From NCBI GenBank assembly GCA_046153645.1, contig JBJXGI010000040.1, positions 1 to 51,134 on the forward strand: a stretch of 51,134 nucleotides of DNA, in the 5' to 3' direction. This stretch comes from Elusimicrobiota bacterium. GTDB taxonomy: Bacteria > Elusimicrobiota > Elusimicrobia > F11. The number at the start of each line of letters is the position of its first letter. Within the stretch, counting starts at the first letter, position 1. Below the pieces are notes generated by a model. The model saw nothing but the letters and a program-made list of their open reading frames with translations, was not told where the DNA came from and did not search any database. Positions 17,395 through 27,465 of this stretch are shown piece by piece. The position numbers and the translations under genes were made by a program.

Positions 17395-17868
17395 ATGACC
17401 AAACGAAACGGAAAAGAAGAAGAAGAAATGAGCCCCACATCTGAAAAACTGGATTTTTATATTCAGTTTATGAAAGAGCATAATTTAGATGCTCTTGAAG
17501 TGGCTGATGGAGATTTCAAAGTCAAATTGGTAAGAAAAAGTGAAGTGCCTGTCATGTTATCAAGGCAGCAAGTTCCTTCTTCTCGATCTGCTGCCCCGGG
17601 TGCCGTAGCTGGGGCCGCTTCATCTCTTCCAGCAGGTCAACAAGTAAAGGCCCCTTTGGCGGGAGTTTTTTATCGATCCTCTTCTCCCCAAAACCCTCCA
17701 TTTTCTAAAGAGGGTGACACCGTATCGATGGATTCCACACTTTGTATTATAGAAGCCATGAAAGTGATGAATGAAATTAAAGCAGGAGTTTCGGGTAAGG
17801 TGATAAAGATTCTGGCTGAAAACGGTAAACCCGTGAAATCTGGCCAAGTGATCTTTATTATCGAATAA
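17395..17868 (+). CDS. accB: Biotin carboxyl carrier protein of acetyl-CoA carboxylase
   Basis: APLAGVFYRS, biotinylation motif IIEAMKVMNEI and an Ala/Pro-rich linker. Confidence 0.93.
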   Translation: MTKRNGKEEEEMSPTSEKLDFYIQFMKEHNLDALEVADGDFKVKLVRKSEVPVMLSRQQVPSSRSAAPGAVAGAASSLPAGQQVKAPLAGVFYRSSSPQNPPFSKEGDTVSMDSTLCIIEAMKVMNEIKAGVSGKVIKILAENGKPVKSGQVIFIIE

Positions 17869-17874
17869 CAAAAG

Positions 17875-20151
17875 ATGGCCAATAAACCGCTATTTTCACT
17901 TCAATCGCGCTTTTCTTATCGTGCACGTGCGAAAGCGAAAAAAAGTTCTGGAAAAAGACTCGCTTGGCTTACAGCGAGTCTTTTTTTTGTCAGTCTTTTT
18001 GCCTTTTTCTGTGTGGTGTTTCCCGATTTTTCTGGTAATTGGGGACAAACGTGGGCGCAATTTTTAAGTTGGTTTGTTGGTAAAGGGCGTTTTTTTCTTC
18101 CGCTCTTAACTATTTATTGGTGTTACCTTTTTACTTTTAAAAAAGAAGAGACCGGAACTTTTCTTAAGGTTGTTTTAACAGGGGCGATGGTTTGGGGGTT
18201 TATTACATTTTTATCTCTTTCTGGTCAGGCTGTCTGGAATGAAAATTATGGTGGGATTGTTGGTTGGGGGAGCAAAGAATTTTTGTCTCGACTTTTCGGC
18301 GTTCCCGGTGCTTGGATTGTAACTATTGGTCTTTTTGTTATTGAATCTATTTTATTAATAGGAGAATCTCCAAAAGATTTAACGCACAAAGCCGTCAAAA
18401 CCATACATGAAGATTGGAAGGAGTGGAAAGACTCTAAGGTAATAAAACCAAAAGAAAAACAAAAGAAAACCCCCGTTGTTCCAGCGCAAGCTTCTTTGGC
18501 GGCTGCGCCTGTGGCACCAAAATTGTCGCCTAAAATAATGAATCTTCCTTCAGAAATAGATCAAAAACCAATTTTACCGAAAGAAGAAAAAAAAGCACCT
18601 CCTATTGTTAAGCCCGCTTTTGATAGTCAAAAAGAAAAAACAACGGGTTCAGTCATACCAACCAAACCTGAAGTTTCAAAAATTCCTTATAAGTCTCCTT
18701 CTTTAGATATTTTTGATGCGCCAGTTAAGAGCAGTAAACCTGTTGAAAAAGAAGAGCTTACATCGAGAGCAAAATTGCTTGAACAAACACTGGCCAATTT
18801 TAATATCGCGGCACACGTGGTGGAAATTCATCCTGGTCCTGTAATTACTCGTTACGATTTAGAGCCTGCTCCTGGTGTTAAAGTTTCTTCTATTGCCAGT
18901 CGATCTGATGATTTGGCTTTAGCGATGCGTTCTATTGGTATTCGTGTCCTTGCGCCTATTCCTGGTAAAGGGGCAGTAGGGGTAGAAATTCCTAATTCTC
19001 ATCCAGAAAGTGTGTGCCTCAAAGATTTATTGGCCCGTCCAGAATTTTTCAATCATCCTTCTCCTTTGGCTTTTGTGTTAGGGAAAACTGTTTCTGGTGA
19101 GCCCTATATTGTTGATTTAGCCGCGATGCCTCATATGTTAATTGCTGGTGCAACCGGTGCGGGAAAAAGTGTTTGTGTTCATGCTCTCATCTCTTCGATT
19201 TTGTATCGCATGCCACCGGATTTGGTCAAATTCGTTATGATCGATCCCAAACGATTAGAGTTGCCTTCTTATTTTGGTATTCCACATTTATATGATCCGC
19301 GTGTGGCGCCTATTGACGCTTCCATTATTACCAACTCCAAACAAGCGGCAAAGGCATTAACACGATTGGTGAAAGTGATGGAGTATCGTTATGATTTATT
19401 CGCTAAATCTAACGTGAGAAATATTGATTCTTATAATAAGAAACGAAAAGAAGCGGGCCTTCCTCCAGAATATTATTTGGTTGTCATTATTGATGAGTTA
19501 GCCGATCTTATGTTGACAGCGCCTAAAGAGGTGGAAGATTCTGTTCAACGTTTGGCCCAGATGGCCAGAGCTGTTGGAATTCATTTGGTTTTGGCGACAC
19601 AACGTCCGTCTGTTGATGTTATTACTGGTGTAATCAAAGCCAATTTACCCTCTCGAATTGCGCTTCGGGTGGCTTCAGCAATTGACTCTCGAGTTATTGT
19701 TGACACTATTGGCGCTGAGAGCTTGCTCGGCAAAGGAGACATGCTTTTCCTTCCGCCTGCTCAACCTGAACCCATTCGTGTACAAGGGGCTTTTGTCTCT
19801 GAAAAAGAGGTTGAAAACTTAGTTCAACACGTAAAACAATTTGGAATGCCATTTTATGAGGATTTATTTAGTTCTGGCAGCGCTCTTGAGTTTGCTGTTG
19901 AAGATAAAAAAGAAATGAAAGAACTCATTGACGCGTTGCAACTCATTCAAGAAAGAAAACGCGTTTCTCAAGATTTATTAAAAGCTCATTTTGGTAGTTC
20001 CTCTCGAGCGACAAATGTACTCTCTCTTCTTGAAGTTAAAGGTTTTATTCAAAAACCTGAGGGGTCAAATCGATGGGATATTAATTTTGACATGATCGAA
20101 GAATTTCTCTCCAAGGTTAACATGGTTCCCGAAGGGGAAATGGCGCAGTGA
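17875..20151 (+). CDS. ftsK: DNA translocase FtsK
   Basis: Four-TM N-terminus, GPVITRY, PHMLIAGATGAGKS, IIDELADLM, LATQRPSVDVITG and LLGKGDML; divergent gamma domain. Confidence 0.96.
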   Translation: MANKPLFSLQSRFSYRARAKAKKSSGKRLAWLTASLFFVSLFAFFCVVFPDFSGNWGQTWAQFLSWFVGKGRFFLPLLTIYWCYLFTFKKEETGTFLKVVLTGAMVWGFITFLSLSGQAVWNENYGGIVGWGSKEFLSRLFGVPGAWIVTIGLFVIESILLIGESPKDLTHKAVKTIHEDWKEWKDSKVIKPKEKQKKTPVVPAQASLAAAPVAPKLSPKIMNLPSEIDQKPILPKEEKKAPPIVKPAFDSQKEKTTGSVIPTKPEVSKIPYKSPSLDIFDAPVKSSKPVEKEELTSRAKLLEQTLANFNIAAHVVEIHPGPVITRYDLEPAPGVKVSSIASRSDDLALAMRSIGIRVLAPIPGKGAVGVEIPNSHPESVCLKDLLARPEFFNHPSPLAFVLGKTVSGEPYIVDLAAMPHMLIAGATGAGKSVCVHALISSILYRMPPDLVKFVMIDPKRLELPSYFGIPHLYDPRVAPIDASIITNSKQAAKALTRLVKVMEYRYDLFAKSNVRNIDSYNKKRKEAGLPPEYYLVVIIDELADLMLTAPKEVEDSVQRLAQMARAVGIHLVLATQRPSVDVITGVIKANLPSRIALRVASAIDSRVIVDTIGAESLLGKGDMLFLPPAQPEPIRVQGAFVSEKEVENLVQHVKQFGMPFYEDLFSSGSALEFAVEDKKEMKELIDALQLIQERKRVSQDLLKAHFGSSSRATNVLSLLEVKGFIQKPEGSNRWDINFDMIEEFLSKVNMVPEGEMAQ

Positions 20152-20816
20152 GCCGAAGTCGTCACTTTCAGCTATTTTTTTCTGGAATCTTAAGCTTATT
20201 TCTCATTCAAGTTCATTTGTCTGCTGCCCCTACACTTGATGATGTTTTAAATAATCTCAAAATCAAGGAAACCCAAGTAAAATCATTGGAACTCTCTTTT
20301 ACTCAAGATATCAAGTTCACTGAAATGACAACTGGTTCAAGTTCAAAAGGTAAAGTTACTTTTTTAAAACCCAATAAAATGCGATTACAAAAATTATCAC
20401 CAGACCAACAAACCATTGTCACCGATGGGAAACAAGTATGGGTTTATAACCCTGCTTTTTCTCAAGTTTGGAAAGGTAAATGGAAAGATTGGAATTCTGC
20501 TTCTTTTATTCCTCAAGGTTTGATTCCTGTTGATGGTTACACCAAAGATTTGCAGAAGAATTTTGATCTAACCCTTCGACCTTCACATGAGAATTCGGAA
20601 GTCACATTAAAGGCCACTCCCAAAAACAATCATATTGATTATTCATTGGAAATTCTTATTTCAACTGTTTCTTGGTACCCTATAAAAACTTTTTATCGGT
20701 CATCTACGGCAGAAATTGTGACACAGTTTTCAGAAGTAAAAGAAAATGCCCCAGTCTCTCCGGCTTTATTTCTTTTTATTCCGCCAAAAGGCACTGAAAT
20801 CATCTCTTTGAATTGA
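20148..20816 (+). CDS. lolA: Outer-membrane lipoprotein carrier protein LolA
   Basis: Signal peptide, KPNKMR, QTIVTDGKQVWVYNP and FLFIPPKG; directly after ftsK. Confidence 0.85.
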   Translation: MSRSRHFQLFFSGILSLFLIQVHLSAAPTLDDVLNNLKIKETQVKSLELSFTQDIKFTEMTTGSSSKGKVTFLKPNKMRLQKLSPDQQTIVTDGKQVWVYNPAFSQVWKGKWKDWNSASFIPQGLIPVDGYTKDLQKNFDLTLRPSHENSEVTLKATPKNNHIDYSLEILISTVSWYPIKTFYRSSTAEIVTQFSEVKENAPVSPALFLFIPPKGTEIISLN

Positions 20817-20847
20817 TAGTATAGGGCCGTCCTTTCAATATAACACT

Positions 20848-21615
20848 ATGAGCGAAACTGAAAACCCATCACAGAATTCTGACAATTTGACGAAAGAAGA
20901 AATTGTCGCCAAAATTTGTCAGACCTTAATTGAGCGTAGAGAATCTCGAAATTTAACTCTCGAGAAATTGTCGCAGATTTTAAAAATACGTCTTCCTTAT
21001 CTTCAAGCCATTGAAAAAGGTCAATGGAGCGAGCTTCCCGGAGAAGTTTACGTTCGCGGATTTATTCGTCGTTACGCAACCTATTTAGGTTTAGATGGCG
21101 ACAAGCTCATTAAACCTCATGTGGCCATTTCTGATGCTTTGCCGAAGGTCCCTGGTGTCGGTCACATTCCACCTCCCCCTGCCCTTGAATTTCCGAAGAA
21201 GCATGTTTTCTGGTTTGGTGGGGTTGTGTTGGTCTTGTTTGGCTTAATTAAATTATTTAATACAGATAAAGTTGTTTCTCGTCCTGAACCCAAAAACACT
21301 TTGATTGCTTCTTCAGCTCCAATAGAAGTTTCATCTGAAGTGGATAAGACAGTGAAGACGGAATCGTCCCCCACAAAAAATCATGTCGAGCATCAGTTAG
21401 AAGTTTTTTCTCCGTTTCCATTGTGGGTGCGGGTCGCTGCTCAAGATAAAACTTTTGAAGGGTTTATTCCTCAATCTTCAACTTGGAATTGGAAAGGCGC
21501 TGGTAAATTTCAAGTTCGCGTCGGTCATACCCGGGAAGTTTTTATGACTTTTGATGGCCAATCTGTTCCGTTAACCGAAAGTCAACGGATTATTGACCTT
21601 CCTCATGAAAATTAA
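20848..21615 (+). CDS. rodZ: RodZ-like HTH-TM-DUF4115 protein
   Basis: LKIRLPYLQAIEKG..LPGEVYVRGFIRRYATYLGLD, one TM segment and a periplasmic domain. Confidence 0.85.
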   Translation: MSETENPSQNSDNLTKEEIVAKICQTLIERRESRNLTLEKLSQILKIRLPYLQAIEKGQWSELPGEVYVRGFIRRYATYLGLDGDKLIKPHVAISDALPKVPGVGHIPPPPALEFPKKHVFWFGGVVLVLFGLIKLFNTDKVVSRPEPKNTLIASSAPIEVSSEVDKTVKTESSPTKNHVEHQLEVFSPFPLWVRVAAQDKTFEGFIPQSSTWNWKGAGKFQVRVGHTREVFMTFDGQSVPLTESQRIIDLPHEN

Positions 21616-22234
21616 TTTGCCCAATCAGTTAACTCTCCTTCGATTGGCTTTGGTCCCTTTTTTTCTCATTTTTAATGTCATGGATAATCTTTATACGCGA
21701 ATATTTGCGTTGATTATTTTTATTGTGGCCGCTCTTACTGATCTTTATGATGGAAAGCTAGCTCGAAAACTAGGTCAAGTAACAGTTTTGGGGCAATTCT
21801 TAGATCCATTGGCTGATAAATTTCTTATTGCGGCTGCTTTTATTTCATTTGTTCAATTGAGTGAAATTCATGTTTCTGCCTGGATGGTGGTTCTTATTAT
21901 TGGTCGAGAATTTCTTATCACAGGACTTCGTACGCTGGCCGTTTATAAAGGAAGAGTTCTCCCAGCTCAACCTGCTGGAAAATTTAAAACCACGTCTCAG
22001 ATAACCACAATTATTTTTATTTTGGTTTTTTTGGTTATTAATGCCATTTTACAAACCTATGGGTATGAGCCTGGATATTTTATCAATCAAGATGGTGTTA
22101 TCGGTGGATTGGCTTGGTTTATGAAAGGGGGGCCTTATTGGATGACCTTTTTAACGACGGTTTTAACAGTGGTTTCTGGTTATATTTATATTCGTGCCAA
22201 CTTGGATTTATTTGAAGAAGGAAAACCGGTTTAG
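21605..22234 (+). CDS. pgsA: CDP-diacylglycerol--glycerol-3-phosphate 3-phosphatidyltransferase
   Basis: NLPNQLTLLR, TDLYDGKLAR..GQFLDPLADK, REFLITGLR and GKFKT. Confidence 0.95.
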   Translation: MKINLPNQLTLLRLALVPFFLIFNVMDNLYTRIFALIIFIVAALTDLYDGKLARKLGQVTVLGQFLDPLADKFLIAAAFISFVQLSEIHVSAWMVVLIIGREFLITGLRTLAVYKGRVLPAQPAGKFKTTSQITTIIFILVFLVINAILQTYGYEPGYFINQDGVIGGLAWFMKGGPYWMTFLTTVLTVVSGYIYIRANLDLFEEGKPV

Positions 22235-22244
22235 CTAAACGATA

Positions 22245-22757
22245 ATGAAAAAAACGTTTGATAAGCTTTCTGTTTTTCTTTCGACAGGTTTATATTTAAG
22301 TTTCTTGCCTTCTGTTTTAATTCGAAAATTTTCTTCTCCAACAATGTCTCAAGCACTTTCTTCTAAGAAATGGACAGGTGCTGGTATTATCGGTTCTATT
22401 CAAGGTGTTTTAACTGTTCTTTTTTTGCCTGAACACTTTTCTAATTCATGGTTTTGGCTGCTTGTCGGTTTATTTATTTCCATTATTCTTTCTGATCGGG
22501 CCGAGAAAGTTTTAGGTTCTCATGACGATTCCCGCATTGTTATTGATGAATGGATTGGAATGATCATTGCGCTTAAAGGTTTAGGGCTTCCTCTATGGAT
22601 TCCCGCTTTTATTCTTTTTCGTTTTTTTGATGTTTGGAAAGGGCCTTGGGGGAAATATTTTCAAAAATGGCCGGGAGGGCTCGGAATCGTAAGCGATGAT
22701 GTGGCTGCTGGTATTCTTACTAATTTTATTCTTGTTACTTTCTCTCAGTTTTTTTAA
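22245..22757 (+). CDS. pgpA: Phosphatidylglycerophosphatase A
   Basis: HDDSRIVIDEWIG, FILFRFFDVWK and GGLGIVSDDVAAG. Confidence 0.9.
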   Translation: MKKTFDKLSVFLSTGLYLSFLPSVLIRKFSSPTMSQALSSKKWTGAGIIGSIQGVLTVLFLPEHFSNSWFWLLVGLFISIILSDRAEKVLGSHDDSRIVIDEWIGMIIALKGLGLPLWIPAFILFRFFDVWKGPWGKYFQKWPGGLGIVSDDVAAGILTNFILVTFSQFF

Positions 22758-22786
22758 ATCAGGTGCAGTATTTGAAAAATTTTCAC

Positions 22787-22815
22787 TAGACACAGCTATC
22801 GAACGTGAGTAAAAT
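22787..22815 (+). promoter_or_regulatory. Putative sigma70 promoter of recA
   Basis: TAGACA-17 nt-TAAAAT. Confidence 0.55.
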
Positions 22816-22883
22816 CCTATTCGTATTTTCCCTCGGTAAAGCACATATCTGTGCTTACAATTGTTCCATCCTTAGGAGGACGT

Positions 22884-24008
22884 ATGTCTCATTCTGATAA
22901 AGAAAAAAAGAAGTTAGAAGCACCAGTGACCAAAGAAGATCGCGAAAGAGCGTTAAAGTTGGCCCTTAACCAAATAGAAAAAAATTATGGGAAAGAAGCC
23001 CTGATGCGCTTGGGGGAAAAAGGTACGGAAAAAATCGATGTGATTCCTACAGGTGCCATTGGGCTTGATTTAGCCATCGGTGTCGGTGGTATTCCTCGGG
23101 GCCGCGTGGTTGAAATTTACGGGCCTGAGTCTTCAGGAAAATCAACCCTTTGTATGAGTATTGTGGCTCAAGCTCAAAAACGTGGCGGAACCGCTGCTTA
23201 TATTGATGCAGAGCACGCTATGGATCCTATTTATGCCAAAAAAGTTGGAGTAGATATTGATAACTTACTTATCTCCCAGCCTGATTCTGGTGAGCAGGCC
23301 TTAGAGATTACCGAACAATTGGTTCGTTCTGGTGCGGTTGATATTATTGTTATTGATTCTACCGCAGCCTTGGTTCCAAGAGCTGAAATTGAAGGTGAAA
23401 TGGGACAAGCGACCATCGGTCTTCAGGCTCGATTGATGTCACAGGCGCTTCGCAAGTTAACGGCCCTTCTCAATAAATCTAAAACTTCTATTATTTTCAT
23501 CAATCAACTTCGTCAGAAAATTGGTGTCATGTATGGTAATCCAGAAACCACTCCTGGTGGTTTGGCTCTTAAATTCTATTCCAGTGTGCGGTTGGATATT
23601 CGTCGAATTGAAGCCATTAAAGATGGCGAAGAAGTTATTGGAAGCCATGTCCGTGTGAAGGTTGTAAAAAATAAAGTGTCTCCGCCTTTTAGACAAGCTG
23701 AATTTGATATCTACTTTGGATCTGGTATCAATCAGGAAGGTTCTATTCTAGATATGGGGTCTCAGTCAGGTCTCATTGAAAAGTCTGGCGCTTGGTATGT
23801 TTATAATGGCGAGAAGCTGGGTCAAGGCCGAGATAACGCCATGGATTATCTCAAGCAAAATCCTAAAGTCATGATTGAACTCGATCAGACCATTCGTAAA
23901 CAATACGATCAAGCTCAAATTGCTAAAGCACAGGCGAAAGAGCCAGTAACGGTAGCAGTTTCAGCTCCTGTTAAAGCGACCAAGGCAACTGCCACATCTA
24001 AAAAATAA
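22884..24008 (+). CDS. recA: Recombinase A
   Basis: AGGAGG RBS before ATG 22884; [43 protein letters not shown] and [10 protein letters not shown]. Confidence 0.98.
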   Translation: MSHSDKEKKKLEAPVTKEDRERALKLALNQIEKNYGKEALMRLGEKGTEKIDVIPTGAIGLDLAIGVGGIPRGRVVEIYGPESSGKSTLCMSIVAQAQKRGGTAAYIDAEHAMDPIYAKKVGVDIDNLLISQPDSGEQALEITEQLVRSGAVDIIVIDSTAALVPRAEIEGEMGQATIGLQARLMSQALRKLTALLNKSKTSIIFINQLRQKIGVMYGNPETTPGGLALKFYSSVRLDIRRIEAIKDGEEVIGSHVRVKVVKNKVSPPFRQAEFDIYFGSGINQEGSILDMGSQSGLIEKSGAWYVYNGEKLGQGRDNAMDYLKQNPKVMIELDQTIRKQYDQAQIAKAQAKEPVTVAVSAPVKATKATATSKK

Positions 24009-24009
24009 G

Positions 24010-24957
24010 GTGAGTTTAGACTCATTCGAGTCGACTTTTGTTTGGCCAAAGGAAGTGGAAGAATTTTTCCACTTCCTTTTGGTCGAAAAAGGTCTTTCAC
24101 AAAACACTCTTTTCGCTTATCGTCGAGACCTCAAGTTATTTTTTACCTATCTTTATAAAGAAAACAAATTCTATTTAACGCTTACACATCAACACATTGC
24201 TGATTTTTTGTGGGAGCAGCGGTGTGCAGTTAAATCTCCTTCAACCCTTATTCGATATAGCGAATCGATTCGGCAGCTCTATAAGTTTTTAATTGGTGAA
24301 GGAAAAATTTCCAAGAATCCTACCGAAGTTTTATTTGTTTCAAAACGCCCTGAAAGATTGCCCAAAGTACTAAAAACCAATGAAATTGAAAGAATCCTTT
24401 CTCAAAACCAAGGGGCGCCTCAAGAAACTGAACAAAAAGAGTTACGAACATTAAAGTTTATTGCCGCTTTTGAGTTGTTATATGCCAGTGGAATGCGAAT
24501 ATCGGAGTTGGCTGAGTTAAAAGATCATCAAATGAATTTAAGTTCAGGTTTTATTCGAGTTTTTGGAAAAGGAGGGAAAGAAAGAATTGTTCCTCTGGGA
24601 ACTCCAGCCAAGATGGCTATCGAAAAATACTTAAAGTTAAGAAACAAAGCACAATCTAAAAAGATGCTAGGTCATGGGCAGGATTTTACTTTTACAAGTT
24701 CTCATGGTGGAAAGATGAGTCGGTCAACTTTTTGGACGGCGTTAAGCCAAATGGCCCAGAAAGCTGGAATCTCAAAAAATGTTCATCCTCATATGTTGAG
24801 GCATTCTTTTGCGACGCATCTTCTAGAAGGGGGGGCTGACTTAAGAGTGGTGCAAGAATTATTGGGGCATTCTGATATTTCCACAACACAAATTTATACA
24901 CACGTTGACCGGACCCATCTTAAAGATTTACATAAGAAATATCATCCCAGAGGGTGA
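24010..24957 (+). CDS. xerD: Site-specific tyrosine recombinase XerD
   Basis: EKGLSQNT..AYRRDL, LYASGMRISEL, GKGGKERIVP and HPHMLRHSFATHLLEGGADLRVVQELLGHSDISTTQIYTHV...HPRG. Confidence 0.9.
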   Translation: MSLDSFESTFVWPKEVEEFFHFLLVEKGLSQNTLFAYRRDLKLFFTYLYKENKFYLTLTHQHIADFLWEQRCAVKSPSTLIRYSESIRQLYKFLIGEGKISKNPTEVLFVSKRPERLPKVLKTNEIERILSQNQGAPQETEQKELRTLKFIAAFELLYASGMRISELAELKDHQMNLSSGFIRVFGKGGKERIVPLGTPAKMAIEKYLKLRNKAQSKKMLGHGQDFTFTSSHGGKMSRSTFWTALSQMAQKAGISKNVHPHMLRHSFATHLLEGGADLRVVQELLGHSDISTTQIYTHVDRTHLKDLHKKYHPRG

Positions 24958-24968
24958 TTATGATGCTG

Positions 24969-26318
24969 TTAGCTGGTTTTTTCAATAATGATGGCCCCGC
25001 CCAAGCCTCCGCTGGCACAAGCCGTTGCTAAGCCTATCTTACTTTTGGGGTTTTCTTTAAGAGCGTAGAGAAGGTTAAGAATAATTCTGGTGCCTGTGGC
25101 TGCAAGCGGATGTCCGAGAGGAATGGTTCCTCCGTGGGGGTTACACTTTTTTGCCTCCCACATATCTCGCCACTTATGGCCAAATTTTTTCTCACCCACG
25201 TGAAATATTGAAAGGCAGGTCGCAGAAAAAGCTTCGTGCAGCTCTACTTGATCCAAGTCAGAAAATTTCATTTTTGCCCGGTCAAGAGCGGTTTGGGACG
25301 CGAAAACAGGAGCAATTCCCATGTGAGCGGGATTAATTCCGTAAAATGCCCATGATTTAATTTCTCCTAAAATTTCTAAGCCTAAGTCTTTGGCCATTTC
25401 TTCTGTTGTGACAATAATGGCTGCGGCGCCATCTGATCTTGCGCAGGCATTAAAAAGAGTTATTGTTGCCTCTGCTGAAGGAGAATAGGCCTTTCCTTCT
25501 AAATGTTCAGCGTACTTTTCATAAAAATCTTTAATTGAAAATGCTTCTGAATCAAATAGAACGGGCGCTTTTTGAATCATTTCTGGCTTTTGAATTAGAC
25601 TTTTGCGAAGCATGACATATTCATCAAATTCAAGAACCATTTTTCCATCAGACATGACTGGCATCACGTGTGATTTATAAAAACCATTTTCCTGCGATTC
25701 GTAACAACGTTTAAAAGTTTCATAGGCATAAGCGTCTTGGTCTTTTCGATTGATTCCAAACATTTGAGCGCAGACTTCAGCTGTTGCTGCCATATTGAGT
25801 TTTTTGATGGGATCAACTAGACCTTCTTCCATTGTGTCAGAAATGGCAACTTCGGGGTTATCCCACAAAGTGCCCCAATTTTCTTTAACTGTTTGAAGCG
25901 ATCTAAGCGCTTTGACTGTTCTTGGCCCTCTAATGGCATAAGGAAAAGAGGACATTGACTCTGTTCCGCCAGCAATGTAGAGATCGCCCTCTCCTAAAAT
26001 GATGTGTCTTGCCGCTGAGCAAACAGCTTCCATTCCTGAAACACAGTTGGCTTGTAAGGTGGTGGCGTGGGTTTTTTCTGGCAGTCTTCCTTTAAGGGCG
26101 GCAATACGAGCAATATTGGGGGCATGGGAACCTTGACCCACCCAGCCTACCATGACTCCGTCAACATTTTTAGGTTCCAGTCTGGATCGTTTAAGAAGCT
26201 CGCGTATGACCGCGGCCATGAGCTCTTCTGGGGGAATGGCTGCTAAACTCTTTGATAAATGACCAATTGCCGTTCTTAAACCATTACATAAAACAACTTT
26301 CTTTGCGGTGCCAAGCAT
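24969..26318 (-). CDS. Acetyl-CoA C-acyltransferase (thiolase), HEAF type
   Basis: ANCVSGME, GGTESMS, DGAAA, ELHEAF, GHPLAATG and ACASGGLG. Confidence 0.93.
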   Translation of the reverse strand: MLGTAKKVVLCNGLRTAIGHLSKSLAAIPPEELMAAVIRELLKRSRLEPKNVDGVMVGWVGQGSHAPNIARIAALKGRLPEKTHATTLQANCVSGMEAVCSAARHIILGEGDLYIAGGTESMSSFPYAIRGPRTVKALRSLQTVKENWGTLWDNPEVAISDTMEEGLVDPIKKLNMAATAEVCAQMFGINRKDQDAYAYETFKRCYESQENGFYKSHVMPVMSDGKMVLEFDEYVMLRKSLIQKPEMIQKAPVLFDSEAFSIKDFYEKYAEHLEGKAYSPSAEATITLFNACARSDGAAAIIVTTEEMAKDLGLEILGEIKSWAFYGINPAHMGIAPVFASQTALDRAKMKFSDLDQVELHEAFSATCLSIFHVGEKKFGHKWRDMWEAKKCNPHGGTIPLGHPLAATGTRIILNLLYALKENPKSKIGLATACASGGLGGAIIIEKTS

Positions 26319-26340
26319 AACGCCCCCTTTGAATATTCAA

Positions 26341-26369
26341 AGCCTATCGCCATGTATATAAAATGTCAA
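26341..26369 (-). promoter_or_regulatory. Putative sigma70 promoter of the thiolase gene
   Basis: TTGACA-17 nt-TAGGCT on the minus strand, upstream of an AAGGGGG RBS. Confidence 0.55.
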
Positions 26370-26476
26370 TAACACAAAGTAAAAATATATTGGGAAATAG
26401 GAGCGAATTGCTTAGGCAAGTGAACCTTAAACCTGCTAAAATTTAATAAATTAAGTCGAGAAATGAGGAGTTCAAT

Positions 26477-27463
26477 TTGAGTTCAGAAAATATCATTTTA
26501 CAAAAAGTTGAAAAAGCCCAAGCTGTTATCAAAGAGCAAATTGCCCAAGTTATTGTAGGTCAAAATGAAGTTGTTGAAGAATTGTTGATCTCTATATTTG
26601 CAGAAGGACATTGTCTTATCGTTGGTGTTCCAGGCTTGGCAAAAACATTACTCGTTTCAACATTGGCAAAAACGTTAAACCTTCATTTCAATCGAATTCA
26701 ATTTACACCTGATTTAATGCCTTCCGATATTACAGGAACTGAAGTTATTCAAGAAGATAAAGTGTCGCGTGAGCGTGTGTTCAAATTTATTCAGGGTCCA
26801 GTTTTTTCAAATGTTATTTTAGCTGACGAAATTAATAGAACACCGCCTAAAACTCAAGCTGCGCTTTTACAGGCCATGCAAGAGAAAAAAGTCACAGTTG
26901 CTGGGCAAACCTATTCTTTGCCCAATCCTTTTTTTGTACTGGCTACGCAAAACCCTATTGAACAAGAAGGAACATATCCATTACCAGAAGCTCAGTTAGA
27001 TAGGTTTTTATTTCAAATTAATATTGGTTATCCCACATTTGAAGAAGAAAAATTAATTGTTTCAAGAACCACCCAAGGAACCATTCCAGAACCTAAAATA
27101 GTTTTTGATGCCGCTGAATTAAAAGAAATCCAAAATTTAGTTAAACAAGTGGTAGTGGCAGATTCTGTCACTGATTTTGCAGTTCGATTATGCCGCGCCA
27201 CTCGCCCTCAAGATCCATCCTGTCCTGCGGAATTTAGAAAAAAATTCAGTTGGGGAGCAGGACCCAGAGCATCCCAGTCACTCATGTTAAGTGCAAAAGC
27301 CCGTGCCTTATTAAAAGGTTATACGACGGTTTCGGTTGAAGATATAAAAGCGATGGCCTATCCCGTCCTTCGACATCGAATTGTTTTATCATTTCAAGCT
27401 GAGGCCGAAGGTCTTACCACTGATTTATTAATAAAAGATTTGATTGAATTTCTCTCTAAATAA
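26477..27463 (+). CDS. MoxR-family AAA+ ATPase
   Basis: GVPGLAKT, RIQFTPDLMPSDITG, LADEINRTPPKTQAALL and ATQNPIEQEGTYPLPEAQLDRF. Confidence 0.95.
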   Translation: MSSENIILQKVEKAQAVIKEQIAQVIVGQNEVVEELLISIFAEGHCLIVGVPGLAKTLLVSTLAKTLNLHFNRIQFTPDLMPSDITGTEVIQEDKVSRERVFKFIQGPVFSNVILADEINRTPPKTQAALLQAMQEKKVTVAGQTYSLPNPFFVLATQNPIEQEGTYPLPEAQLDRFLFQINIGYPTFEEEKLIVSRTTQGTIPEPKIVFDAAELKEIQNLVKQVVVADSVTDFAVRLCRATRPQDPSCPAEFRKKFSWGAGPRASQSLMLSAKARALLKGYTTVSVEDIKAMAYPVLRHRIVLSFQAEAEGLTTDLLIKDLIEFLSK

Positions 27464-27465
27464 CT

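Noticed and set aside
22800..22813. LexA box (GAAC-N4-GTTC) in the recA promoter spacer
   Set aside because: Reads GAACgtgaGTAA, so only one half-site matches; the LexA motif of this lineage is unknown to me.
24010..24957. Tyrosine recombinase as the integron integrase for the cassette-like region
   Set aside because: Motifs and C-terminal HPRG match XerD, no IntI-specific insertion is evident, and it lies ~10 kb away in housekeeping context.
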